NCBI GenBank assembly: GCA_964016885.1
Contig: OZ024741.1
Span: forward strand, 250,294,001 to 250,358,000
From: Eledone cirrhosa
Taxonomy: Eukaryota
DNA length: 64,000 nt
Direction: 5' to 3'
The position numbers were made by a program, and so were the translations under genes. Shown one piece after another: positions 40,831-54,682 of this stretch (position 1 is the stretch's first letter; each line of letters begins with the position of its first letter). Below the pieces are notes generated by a model. That model had not been told where the DNA came from. It made no database searches and saw nothing but the letters and a program-made list of their open reading frames with translations.

Positions 40831-43009
40831 CAAGGAGAGATAATATTTAAAAAAATCAGGCGGAGATAATTTGTAAAAAAAATCAGGGGGAGATAATTTG
40901 TAAAAAAATCAGGGGGAGATAATTTGTAAAAAAAAATCAGGGGGAGATAATTTGTAAAAAAAATCAGGGGGAGATAATTTGTAAAAAAAAATCAGGGGTA
41001 GATAATTTGTAAAAAAAAATCAGGGGGAGATAATTTGTAAAAAAAAAATCAGGGGGAGATAATTTGTAAAAAATATCAAGGGGAGATAATTTCCAGCCCT
41101 CCAAGGGGCTATAATTTCCAGCCGTGCAAGGGGAGATAATTTCCAGCCGTCCAAGGGGAGATAATTTCCATCCTTCCAAGGGGAGATAATTTCCAGCCGT
41201 CCAAGGGGAGATAATTTCCCGCCAGCCAAGGGAAGATAATTTTTTAAAAAATCAGGCGGAGATTGTAAAAAAAATCAGGGGGAGATAATTTGTAAAAAAA
41301 TCAGGGGGAGATAATTTGTAAAAAAAAAATCAGGGGGAGATAATTTGTAAAAAAAAATCAGGGGGAGATAATTTGTAAAAAAAAATCAGGGGGAGATAAT
41401 TTGTAAAAAAAATCAGGGGTAGATAATTTGTAAAAAAAATCAGGGGGAGATAATTTGTAAAAAAAATCAGGGGGAGATAATTTGTAAAAAAAATCAAGGG
41501 GAGATAATTTGCAGCCGTCCAAGGGGAGATAATTTTCAGCCGTCCAAGGAGAGATAATTTCTAGCCGTCCAAGGGGAGATAATTTCCAGCCGTCCAAGGG
41601 GAGATAATTTCCAGCCGTCCAAGGGGAGATAATTTTTAAAGAAAAATCAGACGGAGATAATTTGTAAAAAAAAAATCAGGGGGAGATAATTTGTAAAACA
41701 AAATCAGGGGGAGATAATTTGTAAAAAAAGATCAGGGGTAGATAATTTGTAAAAAAAATCAGGGGAGATAATTTCCAGCCGTCAAAGGGAAGATAATTTC
41801 CAGCCCTCCAAGGGGCTATAATTTCCAGCGTCCAAGGGGAGATAATTTCCAGCCAGCGAAGAGGAGATAATTTTTTTTTTAAAATCATTGGGAGATTTGT
41901 AAAAAAAATCAGGGGGAGATAATTTGTAAAAAAAATCAGGGGTAGATAATTTGTAAAAAAAAATCAGGGGGAGATAATTTGTAAAAAAAAAATCAGGGGG
42001 AGATAATTTGTAAAAAATTCAAGGGGAGATAATTTCCAGCCGTCCAAGGGAAGATAATTTCCAGCCGTCCAAGGGGAGATAATTTTTAAAAAAAAATCAG
42101 GCGCAGATAAGTTGTAAAAAAAAATCAGGGGGAGATAATTTGTAAAAAAAAATCAGGGGGAGATAATTTGTAAAAAAAATCAAGGGGAGATAATTTCCAG
42201 CCGTCCAAGGGAAGATAATTTCCAGCCCTCCAAGGGGCTATAATTTCCAGCGTCCAAGGGGAGATAATTTCCAGCCAGGGAAGGGTAGATAATTTTTTTT
42301 TAAAAATCACTGGGAGATTTGTAAAAAAAATCAGGGGGAGATAATTTGTAAAAAACTCAAGGGGTGATAATTTCCAGCCGTCCAAAGAGAGATAATTTCT
42401 AGCCGTCCAAGGGGAGATAATTTCCAGCCGTCCAAGGGGAGATAATTTCCCGCCAGCCAAGGGAAGATAATATTTAAAAAAATCAGGCGGAGATAATTTG
42501 TAAAAAAAATCAGGGGGAGATAATTTGTAAAAAAATCAGGGGGAGATAATTTGTAAAAAAAAATCAGGGGGAGATAATTTGTAAAAAAAATCAGGGGGAG
42601 ATAATTTGTAAAAAAAAATCAGGGGGAGATAATTTGTAAAAAAAATCAAGGGGAGATAATTTCCAGCCGTCCAAGGGGAGATAATTTTCAACCGTCCAAG
42701 GGGAGATAATTTCCCGCCAGCCAAGGGAAGATAATATTTAAAATAATCAGGCGGAGATAATTTGTAAAAAAAATCAGGGGGAGATAATTTGTAAAAAAAT
42801 CAGGGGGAGATAATTTGTAAAAAAAAAAATCAGGGGGAGATAATTTGTAAAAAAAATCAGGGCTAGATAATTTGTAAAAAAAAATCAGGGGGAGATAATT
42901 TGTAAAAAAAATCAGGGGGAGATAATTTGTAAAAAAAATCAGGGGTAGATAATTTCCAGCCGTCCAAGGGGAGATAATTTCAATCCTTCCAAGGGGAGAT
43001 AATTTCCAG

Positions 43010-46000
43010 CCGTCCAAGGGGAGATAATTTCCCGCCAGCCAAGGAGAGATAATATTTAAAAAAATCAGGCGGAGATAATTTGTAAAAAAAATCAGGGGGA
43101 GATAATTTGTAAAAAAATCAGGGGGAGATAATTTGTAAAAAAAAAATCAGGGGGAGATAATTTGTAAAAAAAATCAGGGGGAGATAATTTGTAAAAAAAA
43201 ATCAGGGGTAGATAATTTGTAAAAAAAAATCAGGGGGAGATAATTTGTAAAAAAAAAATCAGGGGGAGATAATTTGTAAAAAAATCAAGGGGAGATAATT
43301 TCCAGCCGTCCAAGGGGAGATAATTTTCAGCCGTCCAAGGAGAGGTAATTTCTAGCCGTCCAAGGGGAGATAATTTCCAGCCGTCCAAGGGGAGATAATT
43401 TTTTTAAAAAAATCAGGCGGAGATAATTTGTAAACAAAAATCAGGGGGAGATAATTTGTAAAAAAAAATCAGGGGGAGATAATTTGTAAAAAAAAATCAG
43501 GGAGATAATTTGTAAAAAAAATCAAGGGGAGATAATTTCCAGCCGTCCAAGGGGAGGTAATATCTAGCCATCCAAGGGGAGATAATTTCCAGCCGTCCAA
43601 GGGGAGATAATTTCCAGCCGTCCAAGGGGAGATAATATCCAGCCGTCCAAGGAGACATATTTTCCAGCCGTGCAAGGAGAGGTAATTTCTAGCCGTCCAA
43701 GGGGAGATAAGTTCCAGCCTCCAAGGGGAGATAATTTCTAGCCAGCCAAGGGGAGATAATTTGTAAAAAAATCAGGGGGAGATAATTTGTAAAAAAAAAT
43801 CAGGGGGAGATAATTTGTAAAAAAAAATCAGGGGGAGATAATTTGTAAAATAAATCAAGGGGAGATAATTTCCAGCCGTCCAAGGGGAGATAATTTTCAG
43901 CCGTCCAAGGAGAGGTAAATTCTAGCCGTCCAAGGAGAGATAATTTCCAGGCGTCCAAGGGGAGATAATTTCCAGCCAGCCAAGGGGAGATAATTTGTAA
44001 AAAAATCAGGGGTAGATAATTTGTAAAAAAAAATCAGGGGGAGATAATTTGTAAAAAAAAATCAGGGGGAGATAATTTGTAAAAAAAATCAAGGGGAGAT
44101 AATTTCCAGCCGTCCAAGGGAAGATAATTTTCAGCCGTCCAAGGAGAGGTAATTTCTAGCCGTCCAAGGGGAGATAAGTTCCAGCCTCCAAGGGGAGATA
44201 ATTTCCAGCCAGCCAAGGGGAGATAATTTGTAAAAAAATCAGGGGTAGATAATTTGTAAAAAAAAATCAGGGGGAGATAATTTGTAAAAAAAATCAGGGG
44301 GAGATAATTTGTAAAAAAAATCAGGGGTAGATAATTTCCAGCCGTCCAAGGGGAGATAATTTCCATCCTTCCAAGGGGAGATAATTTCCAGCCGTCCAAG
44401 GGGAGATAATTTCCCGCCAGCCAAGGAGAGATAATATTTAAAAAAATCAGGCGGAGATAATTTGTAAAAAAATCAGGTTGAGATAATTTGTAAAAAAATC
44501 AGGGGGAGATAATTTGTAAAAAAAAAATCAGGGGGAGATAATTTGTAAAAAAAATCAGGGGGAGATAATTTGTAAAAAAAAATCAGGGGAGATAATTTGT
44601 AAAAAAAAATCAGGGGGAGATAATTTGTAAAAAAAATCAGGGGGAGATAATTTGTAAAAAAAATCAAGGGGAGATAATTTCCAGCCGTCCAAGGGGAGAT
44701 AATTTTCAGCCGTCCAAGGAGAGGTAAATTCTAGCCGTCCAAGGAGAGATAATTTCCAGCCGTCCAAGGTGAGATAATTTCCAGCCGTCCAAGGGGAGAT
44801 AATTTTTTAAAAAAAATCAGGCGCAGATAAGTTGTAAAAAAAAATCAGGGGGAGATAATTTGTAAAAAAAAATCAGGGGGAGATAATTTGTAAAAAAAAT
44901 CAAGGGGAGATAATTTCCAGCCGTCCAAGGGAAGATAATTTCCAGCCCTCCAAGGGGCTATAATTTCCAGCGTCCAAGGGGAGATAATTTCCAGCCAGGG
45001 AAGGGGAGATAATTTTTTTTAAAAAATCACTGGGAGATTTGTAAAAAAATCAGGGGGAGATAATTTGTAAAAAACTCAAGGGGTGATAATTTCCAGCCGT
45101 CCAAAGAGAGATAATTTCTAGCCGTCCAAGGGGAGATAATTTCCAGCCAAGGGGAGATAATTTCCTGCCTTCCAAGGGGAGATAATTTTTAAAAAAATCA
45201 GGTGGAGATAATTTGTAAAAAAAATCAGTGGAAGATAATTTGTAAAAAGAAAATCAAGGGCAGATAATTTCCAGCCGTCCAAGGGGAGATAATTTCCCGC
45301 CAGCCAAGGGAAGAAAATATTTAAAAAAATCAGGGGGAGATAATTTGTAAAAAAAAATCAGGGGGAGATAATTTGTAAAAAAAATCAAGGGGAGATAATT
45401 TCCAGCCGTCCAAGGGGAGATAATTTTTAACCGTCCAAGGGGAGATAATTTCCCGCCAGCCAAGGGAAGATAATATTTAAAAAAATCAGGCGGAGATAAT
45501 TTGTAAAAAAAATCAGGGGGAGATAATTTGTAAAAAAATCAGGGGGAGATAATTTGTAAAAAAAAAATCAGGGGGAGATAATTTGTAAAAAAAATCAGGG
45601 GGAGATAATTTGTAAAAAAAATCAGGGGTAGATAATTTGTAAAAAAAAATCAGGGGTAGATAATTTGTAAAAAAAATCAGGGGGAGATAATTTGTAAAAA
45701 AAATCAGGGGTAGATAGTTTCCAGCCGTCCAAGGGGAGATAATTTCCATCCTTCCAAGGGGAGATAATTTCCAGCCGTCCAAGGGGAGATAATTTCCCGC
45801 CAGCCAAGGAGAGATAATATTTAAAAAAATCAGGCGGAGATAATTTGTAAAAAAAATCAGGGGGAGATAATTTGTAAAAAAATCAGGGGGAGATAATTTG
45901 TAAAAAAAAAATCAGGGGGAGATAATTTGTAAAAAAAATCAGGGGGAGATAATTTGTAAAAAAAATCAAGGCTAGATAATTTGTAAAAAAAAATCAGGGG

Positions 46001-46220
46001 GAGATAATTTGTAAAAAAAATCAGGGGGAGATAATTTGTAAAAAAAATCAGGGGTAGATAATTTCCAGCCGTCCAAGGGGAGATAATTTCCATCCTTCCA
46101 AGGGGAGATAATTTCCAGCCGTCCAAGGGGAGATAATTTCCCGCCAGCCAAGGAGAGATAATATTTAAAAAAATCAGGCGGAGATAATTTGTAAAAAAAA
46201 TCAGGGGGAGATAATTTGTA
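43010..46220 (+). repeat. ~3.2 kb copy of ~37720-40900 (offset 5291, then 5318 after one extra A monomer)
   Basis: ORF pairs 38178/43469, 38948/44239, 39936/45254 and 40195/45513. Shared markers CCGTGCAAGGAGAG (~38377/43668), GGAAGAAAAT (~39991/45309) and TAGATAGTTT (~40393/45711). Confidence 0.85.
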
Positions 46221-47699
46221 AAAAAATCATGGGGAGATAATTTGTAAAAAAAAAATCAGGGGGAGATAATTTGTAAAAAAAATCAGGGGGAGATAATTTG
46301 TAAAAAAAAATCAGGGGTAGATAATTTGTAAAAAAAAATCAGGGGGAGATAATTTGTAAAAAAAAAATCAGGGGGAGATAATTTGTAAAAAAATCAAGGG
46401 GAGATAATTTCCAGCCGTCCAAGGGGAGATAATTTTCAGCCGTCCAAGGAGAGGTAATTTCTAGCCGTCCAAGTGGAGATAATTTCCAGCCGTCCAAGGG
46501 GAGATAATTTTTTTAAAAAAATCAGGCGGAGATAATTTGTAAACAAAAATCAGGGGGAGATAATTTGTAAAAAAAAATCAGGGGGAGATAATTTGTAAAA
46601 AAAAATCAGGGAGATAATTTGTAAAAAAAATCAAGGGGAGATAATTTCCAGCCGTCCAAGGGGAGGTAATATCTAGCCATCCAAGGGGAGATAATTTCCA
46701 GCCGTCCAAGGGGAGATAATTTCCAGCCGTCCAAGGGGAGATAATTTCCCGCCAGCCAAGGAGAGATAATATTTAAAAAAATCAGGCGGAGATAATTTGT
46801 AAAAAAAATCAGGGGGAGATAATTTGTAAAAAAAATCAGGGGTAGATAATTTGTAAAAAAAAATCAGGGGGAGATAATTTGTAAAAAAAATCAGGGGGAG
46901 ATAATTTGTAAAAAAAATCAGGGGTAGATAATTTCCAGCCGTCCAAGGGGAGATAATTTCCATCCTTCCAAGGGGAGATAATTTCCAGCCGTCCAAGGGG
47001 AGATAATTTCCCGCCAGCCAAGGAGAGATAATATTTAAAAAAATCAGGCGGAGATAATTTGTAAAAAAAATCAGGGGGAGATAATTTGTAAAAAAATCAG
47101 GGGGAGATAATTTGTAAAAAAAAAATCAGGGGGAGATAATTTGTAAAAAAAATCAGGGGGAGATAATTTGTAAAAAAAATCAGGGCTAGATAATTTGTAA
47201 AAAAAAATCAGGGGGAGATAATTTGTAAAAAAAATCAGGGGGAGATAATTTGTAAAAAAAATCAGGTGTATATAATTTCCAGCCGTCCAAGGGGAGATAA
47301 TTTCCATCCTTCCAAGGGGAGATAATTTCCAGCCGTCCAAGGGGAGATAATTTACCGCCAGCCAAGGAGAGATAATATTTAAAAAAATCAGGCGGAGATA
47401 ATTTGTAAAAAAAATCAGGGGGAGATAATTTGTAAAAAAATCAGGGGGAGATAATTTGTAAAAAAAAAATCAGGGGGAGATAATTTGTAAAAAAAATCAG
47501 GGGGAGATAATTTGTAAAAAAAAATCAGGGGTAGATAATTTGTAAAAAAATATCAGGGGGAGATAATTTGTAAAAAAATCAAGGGGAGATAATTTCCAGC
47601 CGTCCAAGGGGAGATAATTTCCAGCCGTCCAAGGAGAGGTAATTTCTAGCCGTCCAAGGGGAGATAAGTTCCAGCCTCCAAGGGGAGATAATTTCCAGC

Positions 47700-49790
47700 C
47701 AGCCAAGGGAAGATAATTTGTAAAAAAATCAGGGGGAGATAATTTGTAAAAAAAAATCAGGGGGAGATAATTTGTAAAAAAAAATCAGGGGGAGATAATT
47801 TGTAAAATAAATCAAGGGGAGATAATTTCCAGCCGTCCAAGGGGAGATAATTTTCAGCCGTCCAAGGAGAGGTAAATTCTAGCCGTCCAAGGAGAGATAA
47901 TTTCCAGGCGTCCAAGGGGAGATAATTTCCAGCCAGCCAAGGGGAGATAATTTGTAAAAAAATCAGGGGTAGATAATTTGTAAAAAAAAATCAGGGGGAG
48001 ATAATTTGTAAAAAAAAATCAGGGGGAGATAATTTGTAAAAAAAATCAAGGGGAGATAATTTCCAGCCGTCCAAGGGAAGATAATTTTCAGCCGTCCAAG
48101 GAGAGGTAATTTCTAGCCGTCCAAGGGGAGATAAGTTCCAGCCTCCAAGGGGAGATAATTTCCAGCCAGCCAAGGGGAGATAATTTGAAAAAAAATCAGG
48201 GGTAGATAATTTGTAAGAAAAAATCAGGGGGAGATAATTTGTAAAAAAAATCAGGGGGAGATAATTTGTAAAAAAAATCAGGGGTAGATAATTTCCAGCC
48301 GTCCAAGGGGAGATAATTTCCATCCTTCCAAGGGGAGATAATTTCCAGCCGTCCAAGGGGAGATAATTTCCCGCCAGCCAAGGAGAGATAATATTTAAAA
48401 AAATCAGGCGGAGATAATTTGTAAAAAAATCAGGTTGAGATAATTTGTAAAAAAATCAGGGGGAGATAATTTGTAAAAAAAAAATCAGGGGGAGATAATT
48501 TGTAAAAAAAATCAGGGGGAGATAATTTGTAAAAAAAAATCAGGGGAGATAATTTGTAAAAAAAAATCAGGGGGAGATAATTTGTAAAAAAAATCAGGGG
48601 GAGATAATTTGGAAAAAAAATCAAGGGGAGATAATTTCCAGCCGTCCAAGGGGAGATAATTTTCAGCCGTCCAAGGAGAGGTAAATTCTAGCCGTCCAAG
48701 GAGAGATAATTTCCAGCCGTCCAAGGTGAGATAATTTCCAGCCGTCCAAGGGGAGATAATTTTTTAAAAAAAATCAGGCGCAGATAAGTTGTAAAAAAAA
48801 TCAGGGGGAGATAATTTGTAAAAAAAAATCAGGGGGAGATAATTTGTAAAAAAAATCAAGGGGAGATAATTTCCAGCCGTCCAAGGGAAGATAATTTCCA
48901 GCCCTCCAAGGGGCTATAATTTCCAGCGTCCAAGGGGAGATAATTTCCAGCCAGGGAAGGGGAGATAATTTTTTTTAAAAAATCACTGGGAGATTTGTAA
49001 AAAAAATCAGGGGGAGATAATTTGTAAAAAACTCAAGGGGTGATAATTTCCAGCCGTCCAAAGAGAGATAATTTCTAGCCGTCCAAGGGGAGATAATTTC
49101 CAGCCAAGGGGAGATAATTTCCTGCCTTCCAAGGGGAGATAATTTTTAAAAAAATCAGGTGGAGATAATTTGTAAAAAAAATCAGTGGAAGATAATTTGT
49201 AAAAAGAAAATCAAGGGCAGATAATTTCCAGCCGTCCAAGGGGATATAATTTCCCGCCAGCCAAGGGAAGATAATATTTAAAAAAATCAGGGGGAGATAA
49301 TTTGTAAAAAAAAATCAGGGGGAGATAATTTGTAAAAAAAATCAAGGGGAGATAATTTCCAGCCGTCCAAGGGGAGATAATTTTCAACCGTCCAAGGGGA
49401 GATAATTTCCCGCCAGCCAAGGGAAGATAATATTTAAAAAAATCAGGCGGAGATAATTTGTAAAAAAAATCAGGGGGAGATAATTTGTAAAAAAATCAGG
49501 GGGAGATAATTTGTAAAAAAAAAATCAGGGGGAGATAATTTGTAAAAAAAATCAGGGGGAGATAATTTGTAAAAAAAATCAGGGGTAGATAATTTGTAAA
49601 AAAAAATCAGGGGGAGATAATTTGTAAAAAAAATCAGGGGGAGATAATTTGTAAAAAAAATCAGGGGTAGATAATTTCCAGCCGTCCAAGGGGAGATAAT
49701 TTCCATCCTTCCAAGGGGAGATAATTTCCAGCCGTCCAAGGGGAGATAATTTCCCGCCAGCCAAGGAGAGATAATATTTAAAAAAATCAG
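47700..49790 (+). repeat. ~2.1 kb copy of ~43750-45830 (offset 3957)
   Basis: ORF pairs 44034/47991, 44555/48512, 45254/49211 and 45513/49470 all differ by 3957. Confidence 0.85.
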
Positions 49791-50577
49791 GCGGAGATAA
49801 TTTGTAAAAAAAATCAGGGGGAGATAATTTGTAAAAAAATCAGGGGGAGATAATTTGTAAAAAAAAAATCAGGGGGAGATAATTTGTAAAAAAAATCAGG
49901 GGGAGATAATTTGTAAAAAAAAATCAGGGGTAGATAATTTGTAAAAAAAAATCAGGGGGAGATAATTTGTAAAAAAAAAATCAGGGGGAGATAATTTGTA
50001 AAAAAATCAAGGGGAGATAATTTCCGGCCGTCCAAGGGGAGATAATTTTCAGCCGTCCAAGGAGAGGTAATTTCTAGCCGTCCAAGGGGAGATAATTTCC
50101 AGCCGTCCAAGGGGAGATAATTTTTTAAAAAAAATCAGGCGGAGATAATTTGTAAACAAAAATCAGGGGGAGATAATTTGTAAAAAAAAATCAGGGGGAG
50201 ATAATTTGTAAAAAAAAATCAGGGAGATAATTTGTAAAAAAAATCAAGGGGAGATAATTTCCAGCTGTCCAAGGGGAGGTAATATCTAGCCATCCAAGGG
50301 GAGATAATTTCCAGCCGTCCAAGGGGAGATAATTTCCAGCCGTCCAAGGGGAGATAATATCCAGCCGTCCAAGGAGACATATTTTCCAGCCGTCCAAGGA
50401 GAGGTAATTTCTAGCCGTCCAAGGGGAGATAAGTTCCAGCCTCCAAGGGGAGATAATTTCCAGCCAGCCAAGGGGAGATAATTTGTAAAAAAATCAGGGG
50501 GAGATAATTTGTAAAAAAAAATCAGGGGGAGATAATTTGTAAAAAAAAATCAGGGGGAGATAATTTGTAAAAAAAAT

Positions 50578-51045
50578 CAAGGGGAGATAATTTCCAGCCG
50601 TCCAAGGGGAGATAATTTTCAGCCGTCCAAGGAGAGGTAAATTCTAGCCGTCCAAGGAGAGATAATTTCCAGGCGTCCAAGGGGAGATAATTTCCAGCCA
50701 GCCAAGGGGAGATAATTTGTAAAAAAATCAGGGGTAGATAATTTGTAAAAAAAAATCAGGGGGAGATAATTTGTAAAAAAAAATCAGGGGGAGATAATTT
50801 GTAAAAAAAATCAAGGGGAGATAATTTCCAGCCGTCCAAGGGGAGATAATTTTCAGCCGTCCAAGGAGAGGTAAATTCTAGCCGTCCAAGGAGAGATAAT
50901 TTCCAGGCGTCCAAGGGGAGATAATTTCCAGCCAGCCAAGGGGAGATAATTTGTAAAAAAATCAGGGGTAGATAATTTGTAAAAAAAAATCAGGGGGAGA
51001 TAATTTGTAAAAAAAAATCAGGGGGAGATAATTTGTAAAAAAAAT
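50578..51045 (+). repeat. 234-bp B5A4 (9-monomer) tandem duplication
   Basis: The marker CCAGGCGTCC occurs at ~50669 and ~50903, and GGTAAATTCTAG occurs in both copies. Confidence 0.85.
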
Positions 51046-54000
51046 CAAGGGGAGATAATTTCCAGCCGTCCAAGGGGAGATAATTTTCAGCCGTCCAAGG
51101 AGAGGTAATTTCTAGCCGTCCAAGGGGAGATAAGTTCCAGCCTCCAAGGGGAGATAATTTCCAGCCAGCCAAGGGGAGATAATTTGTAAAAAAATCAGGG
51201 GTAGATAATTTGTAAAAAAAAATCAGGGGGAGATAATTTGTAAAAAAAATCAGGGGGAGATAATTTGTAAAAAAAATCAGGGGTAGATAATTTCCAGCCG
51301 TCCAAGGGGAGATAATTTCCATCCTTCCAAGGGGAGATAATTTCCAGCCGTCCAAGGGGAGATAATTTCCCGCCAGCCAAGGAGAGATAATATTTAAAAA
51401 AATCAGGCGGAGATAATTTGTAAAAATATCAGGTTGAGATAATTTGTAAAAAAATCAGGGGGAGATAATTTGTAAAAAAAAATCAGGGGTAGATAATTTG
51501 TAAAAAAAAATCAGGGGGAGATAATTTGTAAAAAAAAATCAGGGGGAGATAATTTGTAAAAAAATCAAGGGTAGATAATTTCTAGCCGTCCAATGGGAGA
51601 TAATTTTCAGCCGTCCAAGGAGAGGTAATTTCTAGCCGTCCAAGGGGAGATAATTTCCAGCCGTCCAAGGGGAGATAATTTTAAAAAAAAAATCAGGCGG
51701 AGATAATTTGTAAACAAAAATCAGGGGGAGATAATTTGTAAAAAAAAATCAGGGGGAGATAATTTGTAAAAAAAATCAAGGGGAGATAATTTCCAGCCAT
51801 CCAAGGGGAGGTAATATCTAGCCATCCAAGGGGAGATAATTTCCAGCCGTCCAAGGGGAGATAATTTCCAGCCGTCCAAGGGGAGATAATATCCAGCAGT
51901 CCAAGGAGACATATTTTCCAGCCGTCCAAGGAGAGGTAATTTCTAGCCGTCCAAGAGGAGATAAGTTCCAGCCTCCAAGGGGAGATAATTTCCAGCCAGC
52001 CAAGGGGAGATAATTTGTAAAAAAATCAGGGGGAGATAATTTGTAAAAAAAAATCAGGGGAGATAATTTGTAAAAAAAAATCAGGGGGAGATAATTTGTA
52101 AAAAAAATCAGGGGGAGATAATTTGTAAAAAAAATCAAGGGGAGATAATTTCCAGCCGTCCAAGGGGAGATAATTTTCAGCCGTCCAAGGAGAGGTAAAT
52201 TCTAGCCGTCCAAGGAGAGATAATTTCCAGCCGTCCAAGGTGAGATAATTTCCAGCCGTCCAAGGGGAGATAATTTTTTTAAAAAAATCAGGCGCAGATA
52301 AGTTGTAAAAAAAAATCAGGGGTAGATAATTTGTAAAAAAAATCAGGGGGAGATAATTTGTAAAAAAAATCAAGGGGAGATAATTTCCAGCCGTCCAAGG
52401 GAAGATAATTTCCAGCCCTCCAAGGGGCTATAATTTCCAGCGTCCAAGGGGAGATAATTTCCAGCCAGGGAAGGGGAGATAATTTTTTTTTAAAAATCAC
52501 TGGGAGATTTGTAAAAAAAATCAGGGGGAGATAATTTGTAAAAAACTCAAGGGGTGATAATTTCCAGCCGTCCAAAGAGAGATAATTTCTAGCCGTCCAA
52601 GGGGAGATAATTTCCAGCCAAGGGGAGATAATTTCCTGCCTTCCAAGGGGAGATAATTTTTAAAAAAATCAGGTGGAGATAATTTGTAAAAAAAATCAGT
52701 GGAAGATAATTTGTAAAAAGAAAATCAAGGGCAGATAATTTCCAGCCGTCCAAGGGGAGATAATTTCCCGCCAGCCAAGGGAAGATAATATTTAAAAAAA
52801 TCAGGGGGAGATAATTTGTAAAAAAAAATCAGGGGGAGATAATTTGTAAAAAAAATCAAGGGGAGATAATTTCCAGCCGTCCAAGGGGAGATAATTTTTT
52901 AAAAAAAATCAGGCGGAGATAATTTGTAAACAAAAATCAGGGGGAGATAATTTGTAAAAAAAAATCAGGGGGAGATAATTTGTAAAAAAAAATCGGAGAT
53001 AATTTGTAAAAAAAATCAAGGGGAGATAATTTCCAGCCGTCCAAGGGGAGGTAATATCTAGCCATCCAAGGGGAGATAATTTCCAGCCGTCCAAGGGGAG
53101 ATAATTTCCAGCCGTCCAAGGGGAGATAATTTCCCGCCAGCCAAGGAGAGATAATATTTAAAAAAATCAGGCGGAGATAATTTGTAAAAAAAATCAGGGG
53201 GAGATAATTTGTAAAAAAATCAGGGGGAGATAATTTGTAAAAAAAAAATCAGGGGGAGATAATTTGTAAAAAAAATCAGGGGGAGATAATTTGTAAAAAA
53301 AATCAGGGGTAGATAATTTGTAAAAAAAAATCAGGGGGAGATAATTTGTAAAAAAAATCAGGGGGAGATAATTTGTAAAAAAAATCAGGGGTAGATAATT
53401 TCCAGCCGTCCAAGGGGAGATAATTTCCATCCTTCCAAGGGGAGATAATTTCCAGCCGTCCAAGGGGAGATAATTTCCCGCCAGCCAAGGAGAGATAATA
53501 TTTAAAAAAAACAGGCGGAGATAATTTGTAAAAAAAATCAGGGGGAGATAATTTGTAAAAAAATCAGGGGGAGATAATTTGTAAAAAAAAAATCAGGGGG
53601 AGATAATTTGTAAAAAAAATCAGGGGGAGATAATTTGTAAAAAAAATCAGGGCTAGATAATTTGTAAAAAAAAATCAGGGGGAGATAATTTGTAAAAAAA
53701 ATCAGGGGGAGATAATTTGTAAAAAAAATCAGGGGTATATAATTTCCAGCCGTCCAAGGGGAGATAATTTCCATCCTTCCAAGGGGAGATAATTTCCAGC
53801 CGTCCAAGGGGAGATAATTTACCGCCAGCCAAGGAGAGATAATATTTAAAAAAATCAGGCGGAGATAATTTGTAAAAAAAATCAGGGGGAGATAATTTGT
53901 AAAAAAATCAGGGGGAGATAATTTGTAAAAAAAAAATCAGGGGGAGATAATTTGTAAAAAAATCGAGGGGAGATAATTTCCAGCCGTCCAAGGGGAGATA

Positions 54001-54682
54001 ATTTTCAGCCGTCCAAGGAGAGGTAATTTCTAGCCGTCCAAGGGGAGATAATTTCCAGCCGTCCAAGGGGAGATAATTTTTTTAAAAAAATCAGGCGGAG
54101 ATAATTTGTAAACAAAAATCAGGGGGAGATAATTTGTAAAAAAAAATCAGGGGGAGATAATTTGTAAAAAAAAATCGGAGATAATTTGTAAAAAAAATCA
54201 AGGGGAGATAATTTCCAGCCGTCCAAGGGGAGGTAATATCTAGCCATCCAAGGGGAGATAATTTCCAGCCGTCCAAGGGGAGATAATTTCCAGCCGTCCA
54301 AGGGTAGATAATATCCAGCCGTCCAAGGAGACATATTTTCCAGCCGTCCAAGGAGAGGTAATTTCTAGCCGTCCAAGGGGAGATAAGTTCCAGCCTCCAA
54401 GGGGAGATAATTTCCAGCCAGCCAAGGGAAGATAATTTGTAAAAAAATCAGGGGGAGATAATTTGTAAAAAAAAATCAGGGGGAGATAATTTGTAAAAAA
54501 AAATCAGGGGGAGATAATTTGTAAAATAAATCAAGGGGAGATAATTTCCAGCCGTCCAAGGGGAGATAATTTTCAGCCGTCCAAGGAGAGGTAAATTCTA
54601 GCCGTCCAAGGAGAGATAATTTCCAGGCGTCCAAGGGGAGATAATTTCCAGCCAGCCAAGGGGAGATAATTTGTAAAAAAAT

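Larger units (their letters stand above)
33990..43306 (+). repeat. Copy 1 of a >=9.3 kb block duplicated at a 20693-20694 bp offset
   Basis: ORF pairs 34286/54979, 35608/56301, 38509/59202, 40964/61658 and 42688/63382. Shared markers: TCACGGGG (~34017/54710), CAGTCGGAGATTG (~35503/56196), AATATGGGGG (~38741/59434), GTCAAAGGG (~41781/62475) and TTCAATCC (~42979/63673). Confidence 0.95.
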
